From the NCBI GenBank assembly GCA_964501925.1, contig CAZCTM010000023.1:1-24000 (forward strand): 24,000 nucleotides of DNA, in the 5' to 3' direction. Position 1 is the stretch's first letter; each line of letters opens with the position of its first letter. Positions 8,513 through 15,382 of this stretch are shown piece after piece. This DNA is from an uncultured Zetaproteobacteria bacterium. GTDB taxonomy: Bacteria; Pseudomonadota; Zetaproteobacteria; Mariprofundales; Mariprofundaceae. The position numbers were made by a program, and so were the translations under genes. The notes below the pieces were generated by a model. The model saw nothing but the letters and a program-made list of their open reading frames with translations, did no database searches and was not told the DNA's origin.

Positions 8513-9127
8513 CTAATCCACATACGCTGGTGGTCCGGCAATATAGGCACCCTTAAGTCCCCATTTTCCAATCTTGGTGCCGATCCGGATAGTCTTGCTC
8601 AGGTTTGCGCGTCGCAACCTTGCACCACGGAGGTCGGCATTGGAGAGGTTGGCACCTTCCAGGTTCGCTCCTCGAAGGTCCGCGCTCCGCAGGTCGGCAT
8701 TCTGAAGGTTGCACCCAGCCAGGTTTGCCTCCATTAGCTTGACCTCTGAGAGATCCCTGCCGGAAAGATCCTGTCCGGACAGATCAATGCCCATCAACGT
8801 CCAGCCGTTTCGCAAATAGACCATGATATTATCAAGATCTATTCGCATCCCCCTGATTTTTGCGCTCATCAGGAAGGTGTGTTCCATCGAGGCACCAACG
8901 AGGTTGGCTCCCTGAAGATTGGTCCTCGTAAGGTTGACGTGGTCAAGGTTTGCCCCTTCCAGGTTGGCGTTTTCGAGGTCGGTTTCCTTAAGATTGCATC
9001 CGGAAAGATTGGCGCGGGAGAGCTTGGCACAGGAAAGATCACACCCTGACAGGTCAAGTCCCGACAGATCTTCTCCGGACAGGTCCCGACCGTCACGTAC
9101 AGCTTGTACTACTTCCTCAGCATTCAT
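8513..9127 (-). CDS. Pentapeptide repeat protein
   Basis: 204 aa dominated by A(D/N)LxG-type pentapeptides (ANLEGANLDHVNLTRTNLQGANL; ADLRSADLRGANLEGANLSNADLRGARLRRANL). They form two blocks split by a roughly 23-aa non-repeat insert (aa 91-113). Confidence 0.9.
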   Translation of the reverse strand: MNAEEVVQAVRDGRDLSGEDLSGLDLSGCDLSCAKLSRANLSGCNLKETDLENANLEGANLDHVNLTRTNLQGANLVGASMEHTFLMSAKIRGMRIDLDNIMVYLRNGWTLMGIDLSGQDLSGRDLSEVKLMEANLAGCNLQNADLRSADLRGANLEGANLSNADLRGARLRRANLSKTIRIGTKIGKWGLKGAYIAGPPAYVD

Positions 9128-9184
9128 GGCCGCCTCCTTGGCGCAAGATAGTACGATCCTCTATTGCCAGTGCAAGTGACTGCT

Positions 9185-9213
9185 TTGCATTGTAAGGGAT
9201 TCGGGCATAATAC
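9185..9213 (+). promoter_or_regulatory. Candidate sigma70-type promoter for arsS-arsM
   Basis: TTGCAT (9185-9190), a 17-nt spacer, then TAATAC (9208-9213), about 50 nt upstream of the arsS ATG. Pattern match only. Confidence 0.3.
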
Positions 9214-9263
9214 GACCAGTAAGGCGGTAATCCCAACACATATTTTTATGCCTTGGAGTTCTC

Positions 9264-10238
9264 ATGCATGCGACCTTGCCACTGTTGACCGAAACCGATT
9301 TCCCGACCATTCGGCGAAACAGGCTTGAGACCTTGCAGGTGAATCTTGGTTATCTATGTAACCAAACCTGTGTCCATTGCCATGTTAATGCAGGCCCTCG
9401 CCGTCCCGAGTTGATGGATCAGAAGACAGCTGAGATGGTTCTTGAATTTCTGAGAAATTCCGCAGTGAAAACCCTGGATCTGACTGGCGGGGCACCGGAG
9501 ATGAATCCCCATTTCAGATATCTGGTGACTGAAGCGGGAAAGCTGGGTGTGAAGGTCATGGATCGGTGCAACCTTACCATTCTGGAAGAGGCGGATTATC
9601 AGGGGCTGGCTGAATTTCTGGCCAGCCAGCGTGTTGAGATCATTGCCTCCATGCCCTGTTATCTGGAGGAGAATGTGAATGCCCAACGGGGGATGTGGAC
9701 ATTCCAGGCAAGTATCCGTGCCCTCAGGCGGCTGAATGCCCTGGGCTATGGCCGGGAAGGTTCGGGTTTGGTCATGAATCTGGTGTATAACCCCCTTGGT
9801 CCAAGCCTGCCACCACCTCAGAACATTCTGAAAGAGACCTACAAAAAGGAGCTCAAATCCCGTTACGGGATTGTCTTCAATGATCTTTTTACCATCACCA
9901 ACATGCCTATCCAGCGTTTTGGCAGCATGCTTATTTCTCAGGGGAAGTTTGAGGAGTACATGCAATTGCTCAAGGATGCGTATCGAATGGAAAACCTGGA
10001 TGGTCTCATGTGTCGAAGCCTGATCAGTGTGGATTGGCGGGGGTATGTCTATGACTGCGATTTCAATCAGATGCTGGGGTTGCCGCTGGTGATGAATGGG
10101 AGGCCTCGCCACCACCTGAGCGATCTGATCGGTCGGAGTCTGGAGGGCAATCCCATTGTGGTGATGGACCACTGCTATGGCTGTACGGCCGGCCAGGGCT
10201 CCAGTTGCGGTGGGGCTCTGAACGACGAAATCTCTTGA
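9264..10238 (+). CDS. arsS: Radical SAM/Cys-rich domain protein, ArsS-type (arsenosugar biosynthesis)
   Basis: Radical SAM CxxxCxxC (CNQTCVHC) in LQVNLGYLCNQTCVHCHVNAGP, and a C-terminal Cys-rich tail (CYGCTAGQGSSCGG) typical of the ArsS family. It sits 9 nt upstream of arsM. Confidence 0.85.
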   Translation: MHATLPLLTETDFPTIRRNRLETLQVNLGYLCNQTCVHCHVNAGPRRPELMDQKTAEMVLEFLRNSAVKTLDLTGGAPEMNPHFRYLVTEAGKLGVKVMDRCNLTILEEADYQGLAEFLASQRVEIIASMPCYLEENVNAQRGMWTFQASIRALRRLNALGYGREGSGLVMNLVYNPLGPSLPPPQNILKETYKKELKSRYGIVFNDLFTITNMPIQRFGSMLISQGKFEEYMQLLKDAYRMENLDGLMCRSLISVDWRGYVYDCDFNQMLGLPLVMNGRPRHHLSDLIGRSLEGNPIVVMDHCYGCTAGQGSSCGGALNDEIS

Positions 10239-10247
10239 GAGGAGACA

Positions 10248-11075
10248 ATGCAAATGGAATTCAAGGCTGACGCTATCCGTCGGCAGGTGAGGGAAAGCTA
10301 TGCCGAGGTTGCAAAGTCCAGCAATGAGGGCAGCTGTTGCGGTGAAACAGCCGGCTGCTGCGGTGTGTCCGATGATGCCGCGATCAACGCCCTGATTTCT
10401 ACCCGTCTTGGGTATTCGGAGGATGATCTTGCCAGTGTGCCCGAGGGTGCCGACATGGGCCTGGGTTGTGGCAATCCACGTGCCATTGCAAGTCTCAGGG
10501 TTGGAGAGGTGGTTGTTGATCTTGGGAGTGGTGGTGGCTTCGATGCCTTTCTTGCCGCCCGCGAGGTGGGCGAAACGGGGCACGTGATCGGCATCGACAT
10601 GACGCCGGACATGTTGTCCAAGGCGCGTCGGAACGCAGAAAAAGGGAAATTCACGAATGTTGAGTTCCGGTTGGGTGAGATTGAGCATCTGCCGGTTGCC
10701 GATAACACTGTGGATGTGATCATGTCCAACTGCGTGATCAATCTTTCCCCGAACAAGCCTCAGGTCTTTCGGGAGGCCTTCCGCATCCTTAAACCCGGCG
10801 GAAGGCTGGCCATTTCCGATGTGGTGGCCACCCGTGAGATGCCCGATGAAATGAGAAACGATCCCGCCCTCTATGCCGGCTGCATGGCCGGGGCGTCCCT
10901 GATTGATGATCTTGAGGCGATGATGGCTGAGGCCGGTTTTACGGATGTCCGAATTGAGCCGAAGGATGAATCACGCGAGTTTATCCGCGACTGGGCGCCG
11001 GAGAGGGGAGTGGAAGACTATGTAGTCTCGGCCTACATCATGGCCAGGAAACCCGGGCGGGATTGCTGCAGCTAG
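10248..11075 (+). CDS. arsM: Arsenite S-adenosylmethionine methyltransferase
   Basis: N-terminal Cys pairs (CCGETAGCCG), GLGCGNP, SAM motif VVDLGSGGGFD, SNCVINL and YAGCMAGA match the conserved As(III)-binding Cys positions of ArsM. GAGGAG RBS before the ATG. Confidence 0.9.
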   Translation: MQMEFKADAIRRQVRESYAEVAKSSNEGSCCGETAGCCGVSDDAAINALISTRLGYSEDDLASVPEGADMGLGCGNPRAIASLRVGEVVVDLGSGGGFDAFLAAREVGETGHVIGIDMTPDMLSKARRNAEKGKFTNVEFRLGEIEHLPVADNTVDVIMSNCVINLSPNKPQVFREAFRILKPGGRLAISDVVATREMPDEMRNDPALYAGCMAGASLIDDLEAMMAEAGFTDVRIEPKDESREFIRDWAPERGVEDYVVSAYIMARKPGRDCCS

Positions 11076-11266
11076 TCTCCCACACTCGCCATTCTTTGAT
11101 AGCAGGTGAGCCACATGACCGAGCAGCTCGGAGGCGCCATTTATTCGTAAAGATTATTGAGCAACCGGAAACGACCTTTATGTTCACACTGCCTGAAGCC
11201 GGCACTTATCAGATACGTTGTGTGTTGCATGATGGTATGATCGCCACAATTCACGTCATCAGGTAA
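11063..11266 (+). pseudogene. Possible C-terminal remnant of a type-1 copper (cupredoxin) protein
   Basis: The ORF ends with TFMFTLPEAGTYQIRCVLHDGMIATIHVIR, a cupredoxin-like last two strands with C-x2-H-x2-M ligand spacing (amicyanin-like). It has no signal peptide or N-terminal half, and its 5' end overlaps the arsM 3' end. Confidence 0.35.
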
Positions 11267-11406
11267 GTCCTTCTGCGGAGCTGAAACACGTCGTCAGTGT
11301 GATCGGATTGGGCCCTGCGTAATAGAATCCTGACTTATGCGACTACTCGATTCGAGTTGCACCTGTTCAGAAGGTTCGGGTGCCTTTATCCGCAAAGGAG
11401 GTTTAG

Positions 11407-12018
11407 ATGAGAAAATCAGTGAACATATTTCTCGCAGTTCCGTTGCTTATGGGACTGACGATGTATTCGTTTTCAGCAGAGGCAGGCTCAAACCCCTGTA
11501 ATCCATGCAGTTCAAATCCCTGCAACCCGTGCAAGGTCCAGAAGAAGGTGAACCCATGCAATCCGTGTGGCTCGAATCCGTGCTCGACCAACCCCTGTTC
11601 CATGAAGAAAAAACAGAATCCCTGCTCGACGAAACCAGCCAATCCCTGCGCCATGAAAAGCAATCCGTGTTCAGCGGATGCCAATACGGCAACACGTCCG
11701 CATGCGTATGATAACTTCTGGCAGGCTGTGGCAGTGGGTCGCATGATGTGGAATGATGAGAATCTGGGCACGTCGGGTCTTGCGTGCATGTCCTGCCATG
11801 CGGGATACGAACAGTTGAATCTGGAGAAGCGCCAGAATTTTCCTCATTACGTAAAGATGGTCGGCGATGTTGTGACTCTTGACCAGATGATTAACTACTG
11901 CATGGTTAATCCCATGAAGGGAAAGCAGTTCGGAAAGAATTCCAGGGAGCTTACGGCGATGGCTGCCTACTATCGTGCCTACCGGATGCAGTATCTGAAG
12001 GAGAAGCGAGGCAAGTAA
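11407..12018 (+). CDS. Secreted mono-heme c-type cytochrome with N-terminal Asn-Pro-Cys (NPC) repeat region
   Basis: AAGGAGG RBS and a signal peptide ([26 protein letters not shown]). Eleven NPC tripeptides in aa 29-88. One CxxCH (CMSCH, nt 11785-11799) in a roughly 100-aa C-terminal domain. Confidence 0.85.
   Translation: MRKSVNIFLAVPLLMGLTMYSFSAEAGSNPCNPCSSNPCNPCKVQKKVNPCNPCGSNPCSTNPCSMKKKQNPCSTKPANPCAMKSNPCSADANTATRPHAYDNFWQAVAVGRMMWNDENLGTSGLACMSCHAGYEQLNLEKRQNFPHYVKMVGDVVTLDQMINYCMVNPMKGKQFGKNSRELTAMAAYYRAYRMQYLKEKRGK
11491..11670 (+). repeat. Coding tandem-like repeat: 11 x AAY-CCN-TGY (Asn-Pro-Cys)
   Basis: [60 protein letters not shown], read directly from the sequence. Three C-N-P-C (CxxC) pairs. 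Confidence 0.9.
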
Positions 12019-12024
12019 CATCGG

Positions 12025-13218
12025 GTGTGCAAGCGGGACTGGATATGGATGGCGCTTGCAGTCGGTTTTTTGGCTGCGGGTGCCCATCTTCTTCTGGCGG
12101 AGGCGCATGACGGGGATCCGGGGTTGCCCGAATCCCATTGGAATCGCCCACTACCGGCGCAAGGGAGCCCGCCTTCAGGTTGGCCGGCGCTCTGGCACGA
12201 CCTGGATCCTCAGGCATGTGGCCAGTGTCATCAGAGGCAGTTTGATGACTGGCGGCAGAGCCTGCATGCCCATGCCTTCTCTGCCGGGCTGGTCGGTCAG
12301 TTCCCGGGTCTTGGAAAGCGTGAATCCAATCGCTGTCTCGATTGCCATGCCCCGCTGGCCGAACAGAAATTCGCTCACGAATCCCAGATCATGGAGGCTC
12401 TGGAGAAGCTTGGGCGCCCGTCTTCCCTGAAAAGGCTACCCCTGCGTCACGCCGGTGTCAGCTGCGCTTCCTGCCATGTCCGTAACTGGAGGCGCTACGG
12501 ACCGCCGCCACGCGACTCGGGCAGGGTCGGCCAGGTAGAAGCCTCGGCGCATGGCGGCTTTTATGCCACCCGGACTTTTGAACAGTCCAGGTTCTGTGCC
12601 GCCTGCCATCAGTTTCCCCAATCGGCAGCGGTCAATGGAAAACCCCTGGAGAACACCGTAGAGGAGTGGAGGCGGAGCCGTTTTGCCAAAGATGGCATTC
12701 AGTGCCAAACCTGTCACATGCCGGATCGACGGCATGAGTTCAAGGGCATTCACGATCCGGCCATGACCCGAAAGGGGCTGGAATTCGATGTGCACCGCGC
12801 CGGACATGGCGGTGAATTGATCATTCGCTCCACCTGGATCGGGCACGCCTTTCCCACCTACGTCACCCCCAGGGTCATTGTCATGGCCGAGGCCCTGGAT
12901 AAGGGTGGAAAAAGCCTGAGGAGCTGGTCATGGGAGATTGTGCGCGAGGTTGTCTTTGAAGGTCGCTGGCGGGAGATTAGGGATAGCAGGCTCATGCCCG
13001 GCCAGCGGCGGAGCTTCCAGCCCGGCCCCTTGCCGGCAGGCACACATGCCCTCGTGTTTCGGGTGAGGGTCTTGCCCGATGATTTTTACAAAGGGGTTTA
13101 CCGCAGCCTTTTGGCATCGAAGCTGAAACCCGCGGCGGCCAGGCAAATCAGGGCTGCACTGGATAGGGCCAGTGAAAACGACTATCTGCTCTTCGAACAG
13201 AGACTAGATCTTCCCTGA
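12025..13218 (+). CDS. Secreted penta-heme c-type cytochrome (cytochrome c554-like multiheme family)
   Basis: Five CxxCH motifs (CGQCH, CLDCH, CASCH, CAACH, CQTCH). N-terminal hydrophobic signal (MALAVGFLAAGAHLLLAEA). A first-heme context (CGQCHQRQFDDWRQSLHAHAF) typical of c554-type multiheme domains. A roughly 150-aa heme-free C-terminal domain. GTG start at 12025, or ATG at 12049. Confidence 0.85.
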   Translation: MCKRDWIWMALAVGFLAAGAHLLLAEAHDGDPGLPESHWNRPLPAQGSPPSGWPALWHDLDPQACGQCHQRQFDDWRQSLHAHAFSAGLVGQFPGLGKRESNRCLDCHAPLAEQKFAHESQIMEALEKLGRPSSLKRLPLRHAGVSCASCHVRNWRRYGPPPRDSGRVGQVEASAHGGFYATRTFEQSRFCAACHQFPQSAAVNGKPLENTVEEWRRSRFAKDGIQCQTCHMPDRRHEFKGIHDPAMTRKGLEFDVHRAGHGGELIIRSTWIGHAFPTYVTPRVIVMAEALDKGGKSLRSWSWEIVREVVFEGRWREIRDSRLMPGQRRSFQPGPLPAGTHALVFRVRVLPDDFYKGVYRSLLASKLKPAAARQIRAALDRASENDYLLFEQRLDLP

Positions 13219-13467
13219 CTCCTGAACTTTCCTCAAGGCCTCCCGGATTCTGTTGCAGTCTGATTCCGACAAGCGTGCTCCCGTGTCGGCGTCGCTTTGC
13301 TGGATGCGGTTCAATATCTCCTCCAGAATCCTGGCGTTGTGCTCATGGTCGCGACAAAAACTGCAGATCATGATATGGAAGCGGAGCCGAATACGTTCGA
13401 GGACGGTTAATTTGCGTTCGCATGAATCAGATAACAGACGGCTTGCTTCCCGGCAATAGTGCTTCAT
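13204..13467 (-). CDS. Small soluble zinc-binding (ZAS, zf-HC2) anti-sigma factor, RsrA-like
   Basis: From Met 13467: MKHYCREASRLL...RFHIMICSFC gives C5-x25-H31-x3-C35-x2-C38. No transmembrane segment. 87 aa. Its ATG overlaps the sigma-factor stop (ATGA, 13464-13467). The track ORF start at 13512 is probably too long. Confidence 0.8.
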   Translation of the reverse strand: MKHYCREASRLLSDSCERKLTVLERIRLRFHIMICSFCRDHEHNARILEEILNRIQQSDADTGARLSESDCNRIREALRKVQESGKI

Positions 13468-14051
13468 ATGCGCCCACCTTTCTTGCAACCAAACCAGTTT
13501 TGTTCGAGGCATTTCCGTAACAGTAAACGGGCGCGGTGCATGATCACGTGCATGTTGGTCGGAGATATATCACAGGCATTACATATGGTTTCCGTATCTT
13601 CACCATTGAGCTCCCTGAGCGAAAAAACGGTCTGCTGCTGTTCCGAGAGCCTTGAAATACATGATGCCAGGACCTTCATGAATTGCTGGTCATTCAGGAG
13701 TTCTTCCGGATTGGTGTTCCAGCGCACGGGGGCATCCTTCCAGTGCCCCTGGGAATCGAAGAATGTCGACGTTGGGTCCGCTTCAGCACGATTCATGATG
13801 TCGCGTTCCCGGATCTGCTTGCGGATATGGTCGGTGATTTTGTGCTTGAGAATCCCCACCAGCCAGGTCCGGACTGAAGATTCGGATCGAAAACCTTGCC
13901 GGGCCTTCCATGCTGCCAGCAAGGTTTCCTGGACCATCTCCCTGCTCAGCTCTTCATTTCTGAGGCGCAGGAGGGCATATCGATAAAGATAATCACCATG
14001 CTGGTTGAGCCAGCTTTCCGCCTCGTGCTGAGCGTGATTCTTTACGGACAT
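13464..14051 (-). CDS. ECF-type RNA polymerase sigma-70 family factor
   Basis: Region 2 (YLYRYALLRLRNEELSREMVQETLLAAWKA...VRTWLVGILKHKITDHIRKQ) and region 4 HTH (LSEQQQTVFSLRELNGEDTETICNACDISPTNMHVIMHRARLLLRKCL). The track ORF extends to 14195, but the extra N-terminus is non-sigma-like and would overlap the divergent gene. Met at 14051 or 14069 is the likely start. Confidence 0.85.
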   Translation of the reverse strand: MSVKNHAQHEAESWLNQHGDYLYRYALLRLRNEELSREMVQETLLAAWKARQGFRSESSVRTWLVGILKHKITDHIRKQIRERDIMNRAEADPTSTFFDSQGHWKDAPVRWNTNPEELLNDQQFMKVLASCISRLSEQQQTVFSLRELNGEDTETICNACDISPTNMHVIMHRARLLLRKCLEQNWFGCKKGGRI

Positions 14052-14180
14052 ACCATCATTCTGCCACATAACCACGAAAGCTCCACAGTGAGAGCATATC
14101 AGTCCCCGACCATGGGTTGTAATGTAGCGCCTTGCCTGCCGACAAAACAACAAAGACGGCATTATGTAAAGGAGTTTCAT

Positions 14181-14645
14181 ATGAAAGCATATCATCCTGT
14201 GAGCCGGTTTGCTTTTGCTGTCCTGGTCTTCCTGTTGACCGGGGCATCAGCGGCAATAGGCAAGCCCGTTGTCATCAAGCTCACCCAGACATCCTGCCAG
14301 TTTGTGGAAATCGAGGGTGTAGACCATGGCTTCAGGAGCAAAAGCGCTGAGGACTGTCGCAGGATCAACCGTGAGACAGGTGCGGAGAGGCTGGCCAAGG
14401 CCAGGGTGCTGGAACTGGAGCCGGGGGAGTACATCTTCCGTGTAAAAAACAAGAACGTTCCCTATGCGCTTGGTTTCTGGCTTCGAGGCAAGGCCCTGGG
14501 AAGACTGACCCTTCCAGGCGTGTCAGGTGGCGGCCTGAGGGCGGGAGAGTCCAGAGATTACCCTGTATCCCTGGTGGAAGGTGAATACCTTTATTCCTGC
14601 CCCTTGAATCCAACCCCGAATTACCTTCTTATTGTCCGACCGTGA
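14181..14645 (+). CDS. Secreted hypothetical protein with three Cys (possible cupredoxin-like beta-sandwich)
   Basis: AAGGAG RBS 6 nt before the ATG at 14181, and a signal peptide (MKAYHPVSRFAFAVLVFLLTGASAA). Strand-like segments (LELEPGEYIFRVKNKN; VEGEYLYSCPLNPTPNYLLIV) are reminiscent of cupredoxin-like domains, but no full copper ligand set is seen. The track ORF start at 13896 is rejected. Confidence 0.6.
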   Translation: MKAYHPVSRFAFAVLVFLLTGASAAIGKPVVIKLTQTSCQFVEIEGVDHGFRSKSAEDCRRINRETGAERLAKARVLELEPGEYIFRVKNKNVPYALGFWLRGKALGRLTLPGVSGGGLRAGESRDYPVSLVEGEYLYSCPLNPTPNYLLIVRP

Positions 14646-15382
14646 AGACATCCCGCCCTCAGGCAGCCATACTGTCTTTCAAGCGCCTGCTCCCTGTTGC
14701 CATCCTGATCGCAGGCCTGGTCGTCTTTTTCGCCTTTGATCTGGGGCGTTATCTGAGCTTTGCGACCCTGCAGGAGCATCGCGGGTTTCTTCTGAACTGG
14801 GTGAACACGCACCCCTGGCTGTCGTCGCTCAGTTACGTTGGCTTGTATATCCTCATTGTGGCTTTTTCCCTGCCTGGCGGGGCTGTCATGACGATCAGTG
14901 GCGGTTTTCTGTTTGGCACCCTCCTGGGAAGCCTGCTGGCGGTGGTTGGGGCCACCATTGGCGCGACAGCGCTCTTTCTGATTGCCAAAACATCTTTGGG
15001 AGATTATCTCCTGCAAAAGGCGGGACCTAGCATCAAGAAAATGCAGGCAGGTTTTTCCAGAAATGCCATGAATTATCTCTTTGTGCTTCGCCTGATTCCC
15101 ATCTTTCCCTTCTTTCTGGTCAACCTGGCGCCGGCATTTCTTGGCGTGAGCCTGCGCGTTTACGTGACAGCAACCTTCTTCGGCATTATGCCGGGCGCAT
15201 TGATCTATGCCATGGTTGGCGCGGGTCTGGGCAGCGTGTTTGATCGAGGTGAGTCGTTCTCAGCGGACTCGGTTCTTACACCGGAAATCATTGGGGGGCT
15301 GGCCGGACTGGCATTGCTCGCCCTTCTTCCTGTCATTTACAACAGGATCAGATCCGGAAAGCACATGCAAGAGGAGGCGTGA
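14642..15382 (+). CDS. TVP38/TMEM64 family (DedA-superfamily, SNARE-associated) inner membrane protein
   Basis: 246 aa with about 5-6 hydrophobic helices and a core pattern (FSLPGGAVMTISGGFLFGTLLGSLLAVVGATIGATALFLIAK ... LRLIPIFPFFLVNLAPAFLGV). Its GTG start overlaps the upstream stop (GTGA, 14642-14645). Confidence 0.8.
   Translation: MKTSRPQAAILSFKRLLPVAILIAGLVVFFAFDLGRYLSFATLQEHRGFLLNWVNTHPWLSSLSYVGLYILIVAFSLPGGAVMTISGGFLFGTLLGSLLAVVGATIGATALFLIAKTSLGDYLLQKAGPSIKKMQAGFSRNAMNYLFVLRLIPIFPFFLVNLAPAFLGVSLRVYVTATFFGIMPGALIYAMVGAGLGSVFDRGESFSADSVLTPEIIGGLAGLALLALLPVIYNRIRSGKHMQEEA

Noticed and set aside
8513-9127. Treating the 15-bp periodic pentapeptide-repeat DNA, or the 9-bp NPC periodicity at 11491-11670, as a CRISPR-like or tandem non-coding repeat.
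   Set aside because: Both periodicities are in frame within well-supported ORFs, lack spacer/repeat architecture, and have no cas genes nearby.
9354-10688. A 444-aa minus-strand ORF spanning both arsS and arsM.
   Set aside because: It is antisense to two genes with strong family motifs. Its translated sequence is His/Gln/Ile/Thr-rich with no recognisable domain, RBS context or signal. It is a typical shadow ORF of a GC-biased coding region.
11403-11789. A minus-strand 128-aa ORF with repeated GFE(L/P)HGLQ-like units.
   Set aside because: The periodicity is simply the reverse-complement image of the NPC codon repeats. The plus-strand reading has an RBS, a signal peptide and a heme motif.
13464-14195. 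A long form of the ECF sigma ORF with a 48-aa N-terminal extension, and a long form (13896-14645) of the divergent secreted-protein ORF.
   Set aside because: The extensions overlap each other across the divergent promoter region, are not sigma-like or signal-like, and ignore the good internal start contexts (AAGGAG-ATG at 14181; Met 14051/14069).
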